A stretch of DNA of 64,000 nt from Balanoglossus misakiensis (lineage: Eukaryota; Animalia; Hemichordata): assembly GCA_040954595.2 (NCBI GenBank), contig CM082577.2, positions 6,783,846 through 6,847,845 of the forward strand, written 5' to 3'. The notes beneath the pieces are model-generated. The model ran no database searches. It saw nothing but the letters and a program-made list of their open reading frames with translations, and was not told the origin of the DNA. Positions 51,301 through 63,677 of this stretch are shown here, one piece after another. Numbering within the stretch: the first letter of the stretch is position 1; every line of letters starts with the position of its first letter. A program made the position numbers and the translations under genes.

Positions 51301-52787
51301 AAGAGGAAGATGTGGACAACCCTCCAGGAGATGCTGGTGCTACTGAGAATTCCAGTGATGGGTGAGTAGCATGCATTAACCCTTTTGCCGCCATGGTTCA
51401 GTCCAAACCCATTGTTTTCTATGGTAAGGTTGGACCTCTAAAGAAAGGACTGGGGGTGAAAGAGGTGTTACTAGGGTTTTTTCGTCTGAAGCATTGGATA
51501 TAAATCGCTGAAACTCAAGTAGCAAGTATAAATACTAGAAGGTAACTGACATTCCAAACCAAGTTGGCATGTTTTTCAGTGATCATTTCCCCAGGGCTTG
51601 AACTGTTTATTGCATCACTCTTTAGTATTGATGACATTTAAAATACAAATTTTTGTGTAGTTATGTGAACAAGGAAGCATGAAGTGAATGGTACTTAACA
51701 TTTTATTGTCATCATTCTATAGCACTGGACTTAAAGGGAATATAACCACGACACTATGCCATAACAGATGGATGCTAGATTTTGACATATCGCAATGATG
51801 ATTCACTCTGAAGTTCTGTTTTTCTCACCTACTGTCAATACTTGCTACCCACAGCTTCGTCGGGGGCAGTACGAGCAAGAAAATCCTGCGTATTGTGGAC
51901 AAAGTGGCCAAATCCAAGTACTTCCAAAAAGCCGCCGAGAACTCCTACGTCAAGAAGGCCATTGAAGAAGTCTCAAACTTACCATTGGTGCTGACCGTAG
52001 AGGTCAAAAGTCTTCATGGCACCTTGGCCATCAATTTACCCCCACCTCCATCCGATAGACTCTGGTAAGTTGGATATCTTACGCCAGTGCGATGCTGGAA
52101 CATTTTCTACAGCAAAAGGTGTAATTCATTACATAAATGTGTGGTATTTACATTTTGCATTATGCTGACATTATAATTTGTTTGTAGAAGGTGTTATAGT
52201 ATGTTTTATTTTTCATTTTTCATTCCAATAGCTGTGATTGTGGTGATGGGGTCTTTGTGTGCCATCTTACTTAGTATTTAAGACAGCAATATCTTGTTTT
52301 CTGTGTCTAGGTATGGTTTTCGCACCAAGCCGAACCTGTGGCTTTCAGCGAGACCAAAACTCGGAATGAGACAGGTCAGGATAACGCATGTCACAGACTG
52401 GATTGAGAAGAAACTGGAGCAGGAATTTCAGGCAAGTGTCGTGTTCTACTCTGTTTTTTATTCTCTGTCAACTAATAGACAGTATTTTCAATGATTGATA
52501 CTGCGAACAGTGAAATCTGTTAGACTGTATTGCAAAATGTACTATGTAGTACTCAGGCAACTACATGTACTTTGTTAGAAACATTGTCTGAGCCATTTTG
52601 CAGACATGCCCTGAATGATTTCGTTCCACCATGATTTCCAGTGGTGACTACATCATTGACGATGACTTGTATTCATTGCTTAATACAGAAAGTCTTTGTC
52701 ATGCCCAACATGGATGATCTGGTGATCCCCATCATGGATGGAGGCATGGACGAAAGCTACACAGAAGGGGACACAGAAGACATGTGA
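39306..52787 (+). CDS. TEX2: TEX2 (TM + PH-like + SMP lipid-transfer ER contact-site protein), ~980 aa
   Basis: Exons 39306-40592, 48342-49211, 49360-49604, [50318-50422 optional], 51251-51361, 51855-52064, 52311-52431 (GC donor), 52689-52787(TGA). Disordered N-terminus, TM hairpin, GWLNE...YDP, KYPICI, LFGRTGREKEEW, IQRKLSKIK, PPPPSDRLWYGF, WIEKKLEQEFQKVFVMPNMDD as in TEX2. Confidence 0.95.
50318..50422 (+). CDS. TEX2: Candidate 105-nt cassette exon of TEX2
   Basis: TAG acceptor, AAGAG|GTGAGA donor, phase 2-2, open in the TEX2 frame (KGRKEAKTHTNKTAASKSGDYPNPASKSVYSKTK). Confidence 0.55.
51376..51468. mobile_element. piggyBac-type MITE copy 3
   Basis: Near-identical core to copy 2 (ccatggttcagtccaaacccattgttttctatggtaaggttggacctc); right end degenerate. 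Confidence 0.8.
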
Positions 52788-55476
52788 AAAAAAACACTCA
52801 ACAAACCAAGAAAAAAAAAACATGCAGCTAGCCGTGCTTTCACCTGAGAGAAATATCAACTCATACCGCGAGAGAAAGTCAACTCCCCCACCCCTGCCTT
52901 GTTCATGAATTTAGTGTAAATAGATAGTTTGCTGTTTTTAAGAGGTTCAAGTTGTTTACTGAACCGTGATTTATGCTGGTGGCTTGTGCTTGCTAAGTGC
53001 AAATGTTTTATTCTGTGAGATATTGTCTACTATAGGTACATCAAATCCAGATTCACTTTCCACCACTGAGTTCGTGCCAAAACGTGAAAGCTATTTACAC
53101 CTAAGTTTGTTTATCGTTCACCTGTATTTTCTTGTATACTAAGTCCAACATGGTCATTGAAAACTGAGATTGGGAGAAATAATGCTGGGGGCGGCAAAGG
53201 CTATTGTGTGAAATATATATTGTAAATAATATGAGGCAGTTATTATTATGCACAGTTTCACGTTATATGTTGGCCCCAGTCCCAGTCAGTTCAACTCAGT
53301 CGGGTTTTTAAAGTTGTAATTTGAGGCTCAGTTGTTACACCTATGACATCTCAAACATTGTGTCTGTGAAAGCTAGGTCGCGGCCCATGGAATTATACCA
53401 GTCAAACTGGAACAGTGCCCGTTTTTGTCAAACTGGCTTGAACGCAAGTGAAACTGTGCTTGCTATGTGCTAATGTTTTATTCTGCGAGTGAAACTGTAC
53501 TACATGCATGAGGTTACTGCCAATCTATAGTAAATTTTAGAAAAAGATCTCTATGTTATACTGATAGATGTTTTGTTTTGCTTTGTTGTGAACTTTTTGT
53601 TTTGTTTTGTTTTACTTTGCAATTTAATTAATTTCACATATATGAGAATGTGTCTCATTAGACATCCTATAGAGTTCTTCATCCCTACAGCATGTAAAGT
53701 AAACCTATCACAAGTTTTTTTTTTCACTCTGGAAGACAGGCGTCAATATCTGTTTATGCCATCCAGTTGTACTTACCAGTACTTATCACAGAATATTTTT
53801 AAGTATGTGGACATTTCTTGCTGTTTGTTAATTATAATCTACCATTCAGTGATTTTTAGTATAGGATTAGATGGAGGCCTGTTGCAAAACACTCCTCAGG
53901 ACCCCCCCCCCCTGTATACATGTATCACTATTTTTACACAACCCCAGTACCTTGTTTTATGTCCCATACTTTGTCAGCAGTACTTTGATGAGTGCAATTT
54001 ATGTAGTATTATAGACTTTATTGTGATGAATTTAACTTTAGTTCCATTCCCATAAGCATTTTATTGTGGAAGGGAACAGATAAATAGCTTTTGCTGCATG
54101 CTGCAAATATCATTTACAGAGAATTTTAATTTCCAGAGATTATAGTTTGATGGTGTTGATGAATATGCTCAGATATATACCCTACAATAGATTGTTTGTA
54201 GCTGTGAACGCAGGGCTTTAAGTTAAAACATATCTAGTGATATTTTTTTGCTGGTTATATTGATTTTTTTTGCAGTACATGAAGCCTTTATGTTGTTTAT
54301 GTATTCCATATTATTTACAATGAACACTCCCAGGGCGCACATGATATTGACTACGCATAACTCATTTGCAAACGTTGTTGATGTGACAAGTCATGGGTTG
54401 GGCACAACATGTTAATTTTAAATGATTTCAGTAAAGAAACAAAACCATGATGAGATTATATACACACGCAGTGTCCATGGCAATTGTGAATTATTCTATC
54501 ATTTATTTCCTTCGCCTGCTGTATGGTGACTCATTTTGTTTTGTGTGTGTACGTCTCAAACTGAACTGTATTCATGATTTAATCAACACTACCTGAGTTT
54601 TTGTATGATTTTTTAAAATTAAGTTTTAAGAGATGTGTTGAAGATCTCACTGGTCGTATAATCACCATTTTCTAAAGCCTGTTTTGTGTTGAACTTTTTT
54701 TCTCCAGATTTACTGATGATGATGCATGGAAATTGTCTTGTTCTTTTGCTGTAGATGTTTTAATTAGTTTATTTTGTTTTCATTTTGAACGTTTTAGCTC
54801 TTGTTTTCTTATCTTTTACAAATAATTGAGTCTGTTCTCAGTCGAAGTTTAGTGATGGCAGTTTATGGAAATCGCAAATTGGCTTGTGTGTAAAAAATGC
54901 ACCAGTAGCCCGAGCGTTGGCGGGCGTTGAACAGCGCCGCCATCGACATTAACCACCATATATTTTGTTTTGTCTATTCAACAACGCCACCGACGACGAT
55001 GTTATCGATGTTTGATCTGCAAGCTTCGTTATTTCATCAGCTCTTCCGTTAAGCTCCATGCTCTGATATCATCAGTATTGATCCTCGTAAAAATTTTCTT
55101 AATTTTTGTACATTTGCGGATAGACTTGTGGTCTATATAACGTTTGTTGAACGTTTGTAAAAATGTTTGTAAAACAATTGTCTGCTTTTGAGTATGTCAT
55201 AGCCGTATTTTGCTGACAGATTTTGTCAATAATTTATTTACAATTCATCAAATCAAACTCAGTGCAGTTTATTCATTTCAAATGTACACTTCTTGCATTG
55301 TGTTATCAGAAATGGGAAAATTGACGAAGAGAAAAGAGGCGCAGCCCGCAAACTTGTACAAAAAATTATTGTGCCTTCCTATAATGAAAATAAAATCAGC
55401 AATGTGCAAAAATTTTATATGTCTGTAAAATTCTCTTGTTAAGAAAGTAGGACTGGCAATAGAAAAAATTACTGAC

Positions 55477-55620
55477 ACCCCCCCCCCCCCCAGAAAGCAA
55501 ATGGTTCTCCCATAATATTCCCACCCGTGCCGGAAGCCCCCGAGAAATCAAAAGGTTCTCCCCTAAATGCACACCCTTGTTGGAACCCCCCCCCCCCCAG
55601 AAATCAAATGGTTCTCCCTT
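55477..55620. repeat. Three spaced copies of C(n)AGAAATCAAATGGTTCTCCC
   Basis: Copies at ~55477-55511, 55537-55562 and 55586-55620, separated by unrelated ~25-nt spacers. Confidence 0.75.
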
Positions 55621-56517
55621 AATTTAATTAATTGCCCACCTGTGCTAGTAGACAAGTAGATGAAGCACGGTCTGAGGCATGGGGGACCGTGGATGAAGAT
55701 ATCAGTGGAACAAATTTCGTCTACAGACACTATCACTGGATTTCCAATATTCACTCGTAAAGACTCGTAAATTCCACTCAGTCCTTGAAGAACGAATGGA
55801 CACATTCTCCAGTATAGTACCGCACAGATAGTGCCCACTATTTTAATGGCTTCAATATTGAAATCAATCATTGACTAATTCAAGTCAAAATGTAAACAAA
55901 AGTGGTCAAAGCACCAGAGGTCAAAGGAATATACGAGTACGTAGGGTGCACAGGTTCATCGTTTGAATCGCGGTTGCGTTCTTCAGTTTCTGATGAGAGT
56001 TCCACATCAAGCAGTTTCTGGGAGAATGTGGCCTTAAACGGGTAAGTCCTGTACTGCAGAAAATTATATTTAGGATTCGTGTGATAAGTTTACTGCTGTA
56101 TTTGAAAAGAGGCAAGGGTGAATTCCTTTCGCCACAGCATGGGTGAAGCGACTGCTTTTGGTCTTCCATAAAATCAATGAATGCTCTTATTGGGGGAATA
56201 CACCCAAACAGGGAATGCCTCTTAAAAGTTTGAGAGACGTCGACACGTGCAACACACGAATATCTATCGTGAGAGCGATACCAGCTCGATAACCAAAAGT
56301 TGGAAACTGTGGGAAGAGCTAATATGAACCCACATGGAAAGCAGACGCGGAACAACCACCTGTTTGATGTCGTCGCGACTCTCCGTCTAGTAAATTGTGA
56401 TCGTATTGTACTCTTTGCATTACCACGTCACAATCGTTCGGTCGTCGTGTCTGTTCAAATACACAGGTGGTATACTAAACTCTTCCATGAGAGAGCACAC
56501 CTTGTGTGTGTCATGCG

Positions 56518-58859
56518 ATGAGATTAATCCGAAATAGAAGCCCGCTGTTGGTTGGTGTATTCATCACCGTCGGGTTCCTTTTGGCCAGACTGTCCAATGA
56601 TACGAGCCGTAGCTTATCCAACACCAAGAATCAGGCATGTCCCTGTCAGTGCGGAGAAGTCGATTCGTCTGACGTACTAAGACAAGATACTGACCATGTG
56701 TTACAAGAAAAAGAAACAGGTACGATAATTCGTTCAGTATGACAAAAGTAAAACATCTGTTCGCACAAAACAAATACATGTATATCCGAAACACACGTAT
56801 ATGATGACGACTTTTTTCTTTGAAAATATTCTTCATTTCTAATGGAAACCTGTTTTGCTTTGTTTTGTTTGCCAGACAATGTTTTGAATCGGCAAGCGCG
56901 AAAATTTTTCATCGACTGCGGCGGCAACGTCGCGTCGTCCGTCATCCTCTTCAGGGAGTTGTATCCTGACGCATCAGAATACCACATCCATTCGTTCGAG
57001 TTGGATGACCGTCTGTGCCCGTATTATGCTCCGTTCGAAAACCTCACCATCCACTGTCCCGTGGCTGTGTCAAATGTTACAGGTAAGGGGGAGGGGAGAG
57101 AAGAGAGTTGAGGGAGGGGAGAGAGAGAGAGAGAGAGGAGGAAGAGAGGGGGATATATAGATCGTAGTCATATGCTATGTAACGAATAGGTTAGAAGTTC
57201 AAAGACTAGTGTTTTATTCTTTCCTTTTACATATTCACCATCGGAAATATTGCATTTTATCGCAACAGTGGCGATCAAACGACTTTCCTACTTTGATACC
57301 TACAGGAGTAATAACTGCGTTCTCAGAAGCAACTTGGTACCCGGGGAAGACCGTGGCCGACGGCAAAGACAAGCACTGGGGTGGCGGATCCGTGTTTGTC
57401 TTCAAGAACGAAAGCGAGAGAGAAGACGGCGGCGACAGAAAGCTCTCGTACCGCAAAACCGTGCCTTCTATTGATCTGTCGTCGTGGTTACGAGAAACTG
57501 TGCGTCAAGACGATTACGTCATCTTGAAGATGGACATCGAGGGCGCTGAATATTCGGTTCTCAGGAAGATGTTGCGAGATGGGACTATAAACCTGGTAGA
57601 CAAGTGAGATGATATTTGGAATTCACTTTATCAAGGCTGTATTTTTGTATAAGGCTGAATCCAATGCGCCTACCTCGATTTACGCAAAAGTTGAATAATG
57701 ATATTGAAAATTGTGTTTCGCCTAAATATGAACACTTCTTTTTTTGTCAGGTTGTATGGCGAATACCATGACGACCAACCAACGGGCGAGGACGACGCAG
57801 AAAAGTCTCGCATAAAGGAAGAACTCAAAGCCAAGAAATACGCCATGCTGGGATGGAGTGCAGAAAGGAAGAAATTCTCCGACATTTCAATGCTGCATCC
57901 AAAACAGGTATATGGTTGTCTGGTGTCATTTTATTGTGTTGTACTGTTAGTGCCTGTACCGTTCTGTACTGTACTGTACTACACTGTAATAAAATTAATA
58001 AAAACCTCTATTTTTCATATGGATATAAACAGATGCCCCATCCAAAACTAAAGCCGAATGCAGGTAGTATCATTATCAGCAAATGTGGACTGAGTCCTGT
58101 CGACAGATATCAAGTTGCCATGGTAATTGAAGTTGGGATGAACCGAAAGCCTGCCGCGTGGCTCATCGAAACAGTCCGCGCTTATAAAAAGAAATTCCCG
58201 TGTACTCTGTTCGTGTACGGAGATTTTGTCCAACGGCACCCGGATCTGGTCGGCGATTGGGCGACAGATTTTGATATCGGAGTCAGGGGCGGCGGGCCGC
58301 AGCCCGAACACGTCGCGGAAAATTTGAATTACGAATACACCCAAATGTCGATCACTGGCGCCGTTCTCCGTCTACGGGAGATCGGCATCGAGCCTATCTA
58401 CGTGTTAGCACCACGGACGAGCAAGAACACTCTGAGAATCGCCAAACAGAGGGGTCTGTGGGTGGTTGACCCGAATGCAGCGTTTCCACCAAAACACGGT
58501 AAATACTTTGGTTTAAGTTTGTCAAATACTGCCTGTGAAAAATGTCGGGTAAACATGGTAAAGTCCGTAAAGATGATTTTTAATAATGCAAATCTGACGT
58601 GTTTCATATTCTAATCCAATTTTCTTTCCCCGTCGCAGGCCAAAACCTAACAGAAGAGAATTACTTCAAAGAGCGCGATGTGGAACGGACTCCCAAAGCG
58701 TTACGACGCATTGTGGACAATCTCACCCCTGACAAGGGAGGCATCGTCAGTTTGGATACGGACCTTTTCGATGCCTACATGATTTCTGTTTTTCTGTTGG
58801 ACTACCTGTTCGAAAATTCGGGATTTCAGCTTGTCCCTTTGAAAGAGTGTTACGATTAG
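56518..58859 (+). CDS. Type II membrane protein: FkbM-like SAM methyltransferase fused to a degenerate NodB/polysaccharide-deacetylase-like domain, 516 aa
   Basis: Exons 56518-56719, 56876-57082, 57306-57603, 57751-57907, 58033-58498, 58639-58859 (1551 nt, phases consistent). N-terminal anchor LLVGVFITVGFLLA; FkbM motifs FFIDCGGN, HSFELD, PVAVS, IDLSSWL, ILKMDIEGAEYSVL, LYGEYH; C-domain CTLFVYGDFVQRHPDLV...FDIGVRG...GGIVSL...GFQLVPLKEC. Confidence 0.85.
57085..57152. repeat. GA-rich purine tract / (GA)n
   Basis: Directly visible, just after a splice donor. Confidence 0.85.
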
Positions 58860-61148
58860 CAGGGATTGCAGGAAAGGGTGACCGCAAACTGGGCATTCAT
58901 TCCGTCGGGAAACGGAGTGCATTCTATTGTCAAGATGCGCGTTGCGATTCCGTTACTTTGTTTATTCGGATGCATGGTGAGATTATCGGAACATAGTTTA
59001 TTTGCCTGGCTTGACCGACTGTGTGTTCGATGTAAGGAAGAGACGTCGAAGTCATTTGCATCAGATTAGCATATGCGATACTGTGGATTTATGTAGGCCT
59101 ACATATCAGAAATATCTTCTCTGGTAGCAACAAGGAAGCATGAAGCAAGGATTGCTGGAATTGTGGTATCCAAGTCTTTTCAAGGATTTGGGATACTAGT
59201 ATGTTGAAAACTACCTAGTCCTTGTGGATTGACGCCACAGCTGTGAACATGGCCAGTTTTCGTGTGGCGGTGTGAGATGTCACTTTAAAAAACTGCCACG
59301 CAACAATGACATCTAAACATATTTCACATTTCATTGTCAAAATTTTATTGAAGGTCAATAATAATTATGATGATGATAATGATGATAACTACAATACATG
59401 CACCAATAGCATAGCTACGCTTTCTTTCAATATTGCAGATTTTCTCTCTTCATTGCACTCTCATTGTACACAAGACCCACTCTGATCACAAAATCCGAGA
59501 TCATTCTTGAGCATTGCTTAAAGATGCAGGGCAGTCTTTAGCAAGAAAGGATGAATACAGAATGACATCTGTATGCCTAGTGATTTTGCCTGAAGACGTC
59601 AATTATCTACCAGAATACTAAATAGTTCATGATCTGTAGGTTACAGTTCAATGCTAAATAATTATATGAAAGCAACAGAATCTTTGTCGGAAATACAACA
59701 TAATTCATTGTTTGTAAAATCCATAATCAGTTCACAATCCATGAAATTCACAATTTTTTTAAATGCACAATTTGGAATAATGTCTTGTTGGGGCATTAGC
59801 CAACCATGACATGAAATTACCCCCTACCCACGTAAATTAACCCCCCAATCAGAAATCTAGGGGTACTTTTTTTCACAATGTCACTGAAATCTGGAATGAA
59901 GAATTGTGGTAATTTATTTTCCCTGATTCTGTTACGGCCGAGTTCATCAAAAATACATGTATAGATACAAGAATACTGAACCATTCATTTATTTAAATAC
60001 AGACTTTTGATATATTACTCAGTGTGAATATCAGTTTATAGTTCTAGATTGCTGGATATAAATTTAATTTTCCTTTTGAAATATGTTTGCATAGATTGGG
60101 CTCACTCGCCACTGGTGTAAAAGGTTATAGGTTTGGTCATTTTCACTAGAACAGTCATTGATCTATACATGCCATTTTAAATTGAAGCCAAGCTACACAA
60201 TTTACACTGGGTAAAAAACATTTTAAAAAATGACATTAGTAAAATGCAAAATTCGAAGGAAGATAGCAGCAAAACATAGAAAATGCATGTTAAATATTAC
60301 AAATATTAGATTAGAATAGAAAATCCATTTATATACAGATATGTAACAACCACCAAAATACAGCATAAAAATATTCACATGTTCCAAATAAGATTTTCAG
60401 GCAAACAGGAAGAGCTTACAATTATTCATTACTCACCCTTAAAGTTTGCATGGAAATCATTTTGGAAAATGAACAGAAAAATGGTGTTTATACATTAAAA
60501 TTTCCACATTCTCTCATTACGCATTGGATTCAGTTAACTTAACACTTTGAATAATAAATATCAGTTACTTATTCAAAACTTGAAATGCCAATAACCCTGT
60601 TATAATTTTATCTCTACACAATTTCACAGATAAACCACAATATGTTGTCAAGTTCCTGATACGCAATTGTACTCATTCTGATAGACAAACTTTGTAGTAT
60701 CTCATTTGGGGAAAACCAAATGACTACTAAATTTCAACAGATTTATTTGTTTTTTTAATTAAAATTATTTAGATTTATTAATACTGCATGTCTCTGTTAA
60801 TGTAGATTACATGAAACTTCTAAATAGAGTCTTATGTATGAATGTAAGAAACATTGAATTTTTAGTTCATTTACTACCATAGGAAATCTATGGTAACACA
60901 TACATTTTGAAAGAATCAGAATGTGTATATTTTTGCACCTTTTAGCAGTTTTGTGTTTTTTATAACATAACACAAAATAAGCCCTTTAACTACACTAGCA
61001 ATAAGTACAGAAATGCCAAAGTGTGCATTTTTGCATTTATAACATAATTGTTTTTTTAACGTAACAAAATAAGCTCTTGAACTACACTTACAAGTTGAGA
61101 TAACTTAAACTAGGCAGGAATTTTTCTCATACACACCACCACATACTG

Positions 61149-61291
61149 AGGGGGGGGGGGGGGGGAATCAGCATACTGGGAATGCAAGAGAAGATTTTTG
61201 TTTTGTTGTTGTTGTTGTTTTGTTTATTTATTTGTTTGTTTTTGTGTGTGTGTGTGTGTGTGTGTTTTTTTTTTTTGGGGGGGGGGGGGGG
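61149..61291. repeat. Low-complexity cluster: poly-G, (TTG)n, (GT)n, poly-T, poly-G
   Basis: Directly visible in the TNFR 3' UTR region. Confidence 0.85.
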
Positions 61292-61324
61292 TAGCAGCAC
61301 TTTGGCCCAGACAAGTCGACATCA

Positions 61325-63244
61325 TCATGACCCATTGTTTGCAGCATCTTCATAAGTACAGTATTTCTCGATCAGGTTTTTAACTAATTTCTTGTCATAC
61401 TTCCGCAAGGCTTGTAGGAGCTCATTCACTGGGAGAGATCCATCCCTCTGAGTGTGCTTTCTCTTCCACATCAGCAGGCACTTTAATACAGTTTCATAAA
61501 AATCCTCCCCCCGCGTGTTACGTTCAATGTGGTCTAATTCAGCTTCTGTCAGTGCCGGGTGTGGCTTGCTCCTAAAGAACCTCTTCCAGTATCCTGATTT
61601 ACATTCCGAGGAAATTTCATCAAAGAGGTCATCCGGGGACTTATCTAGTTGAAGACAAAGGGACACATTTTGTAGTTCAATGCACCTCCACAAGAAAGTT
61701 GAAATATAAATTGGGCAATTTCCAACAAGGTTTGTAAATAGTTGGCCATGTGACCATTGTGAAAATGATGTCACCAAAATGTATGTGGCTGTATTCACCC
61801 AAAAGCTCAGCCTTCCAAAAATGCCTCGCTTATGAAGGTTGCTCACTCAAAGACAGTCAGTCAACAAATAGTTTGAAGGGATGTTTTCAGGAATAGCAAC
61901 ATTGCCTGTACCGGTACACGTCTGCTGGTGTGGAGAAAGTGAATCCTGACCATTTCATCATGTCTTAGTATAGTGGAACAACAAATTCTTTGGATGGTTC
62001 ATACTACATTCCACAAAATGGACCAAACTGCCAAATCAAGAGATGTGTATGTCTCTGGTTGTGTCGAGTCATACCTTTTTTCAACTTGATAGTTTTCTGC
62101 AGCAAAAGTGTCTCCATTGAAATCTGGCGCCTCAAGTTTATTGCTGGAGCCAAATCTGTAAGAAAATACAAAATGGAGATAACAGAAGATGTAGCAATAA
62201 TGCTTGTAGTATGTGCTACTAAGATCACTTTAAGTGTAGATCATTTTCCTGGATAACTGATTATTTTTGTCAATTTCATGCCATCCTCTATTTCAAAACG
62301 AAAAGTTGCAATCATCAGGGGGCCACAGAACAATTCAAATGAAAAGACTGACACATCTCTTCATTGGATTTTAATCATGAGGGATTATATAATGAAATGC
62401 TTGTAAATGTGTTTTAAATTAGACTTACCTTGCACTGAGTCTGAGTCAGCTGTCTTCTGGCAAGAAAGCCTTTTTAAAGCTTTTTTAGTTATTCCATATT
62501 TTCTTCTTATTTCCTTCTTTTTACAACAGCAAACTATAATTATAATAATAACAACAACAACAACAGCAACTACACCAATTACAATGCCAACAACCTGTGC
62601 AATGGTCAATGGGTTGTCAGACTGTGTGTTTACTCTATCAGAAGATCCACTTGGTGTTGGACGTATCGTTGGAGATGGTTGGATTCTGTTCACTTGTGGG
62701 GTGCTTGAAGGAGGAGGGGTGCTGCTTTGTGAGGTGGTCGCAGGTTCTGCTGTCGGAGCATTATCACTTGTCTCCTCCTGCACGGGACTTGTGTTGGCCT
62801 CAGGGTTACTTGTTGAGGGCGTGTGGCTCTCTTCCTCGCACACAGCATCATAGGTTGAATTCCCTGGCTGGACAACGTCCCTCCCTAGAGCAGAGCAGTT
62901 TGTGTGGGGCGTGCAGAAAGGCCATTTGGAGTATGTGCCGGGAAGGCAAGCACGACATTTGATATTTTGCCCACGCTTTCCTGTGTTTTAAAGAAAATGG
63001 AAACGTCTGTTAAAAAAAAAACAAGTACTTGGTTCCACAAGTACTGTTAGTAGTGAGAAATAAATTTCAGATTTGTATGGGCTAATGTTAAACCTACGTG
63101 TTTTTGATACATACCGCTTTCACGAATTCCCTTTCCTGGAGGACATGAAGGATATCGGAAACACTGATCTCCATCTGCACTGGGATAAGTGCCATACTCA
63201 CATCCACAGACCCTAGGTTGTATACCATTACATTCTTGCAGAAC
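61325..63244 (-). CDS. TNF-receptor superfamily member with death domain (5'-partial)
   Basis: Exons on -: 63115-63244, 62429-62980, 62075-62155, 61325-61644; phases consistent. Cys-rich TNFR repeats (CPPGKG, CRACLPGTYS, CTPHTNCSALG...GNSTYDAVC), S/T/P-rich stalk, TM VVGIVIGVVAVVVVVIIIIIV followed by CCC, death-domain-like tail (WKRFF...ELDHIE...VLKCLLMWK...ELLQALR). Confidence 0.88.
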
Positions 63245-63295
63245 CTGGCAACAAAGATGTCAAAGTTTATCATCATCTTGGCACATGCACATTGT

Positions 63296-63394
63296 TTAAT
63301 CCTCTCATGCTCATCCCTCCTAAGTGTTTAGTGGTCCAACTTTACCATAGAAAACAATAGATTTGGACCAAACCATGGTGGTGGAAGGGATCAA
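63296..63394. mobile_element. piggyBac-type MITE copy 4 (degenerate)
   Basis: Core ggtccaactttaccatagaaaacaatagatttggaccaaaccatggtggtgg matches copy 1. Confidence 0.75.
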
Positions 63395-63583
63395 TGAGTT
63401 ACTTCACAAAACTGGTCAGTTGGTTATAATCCCTGGCCACTTCAGAGGGATATTGAACATATGGTTAGATAAAAACTTGCAAACATCCCATGCGGCCTGC
63501 AACCAGACACATTTGTGACCTTGAGAAAAGCCATTAGTCTATCACTAGATCTGACTGTATTACATTGAGAGTCCATGATGCTC

Positions 63584-63677
63584 TTAACCCTTTCACCACC
63601 ATGGTTTGGTCCAAATTCACTGTTTCTATGGTACATTTGGATCCCTATAGAGGGAAACAGGGGCAAAAAAGGGTTAA
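63584..63677. mobile_element. piggyBac-type MITE copy 5
   Basis: TTAACCCTTTCACCACCATGG...AAAGGGTTAA; opposite orientation to copy 4. Confidence 0.8.

Noticed and set aside
55477-55620. CRISPR-like repeat/spacer appearance
   Set aside because: Eukaryotic context, only three degenerate units, homopolymer-led, and no cas genes.
53573-56355. ORFs of 100-160 aa between TEX2 and the methyltransferase gene
   Set aside because: Non-ATG starts, UTR-like composition and no domain signatures.
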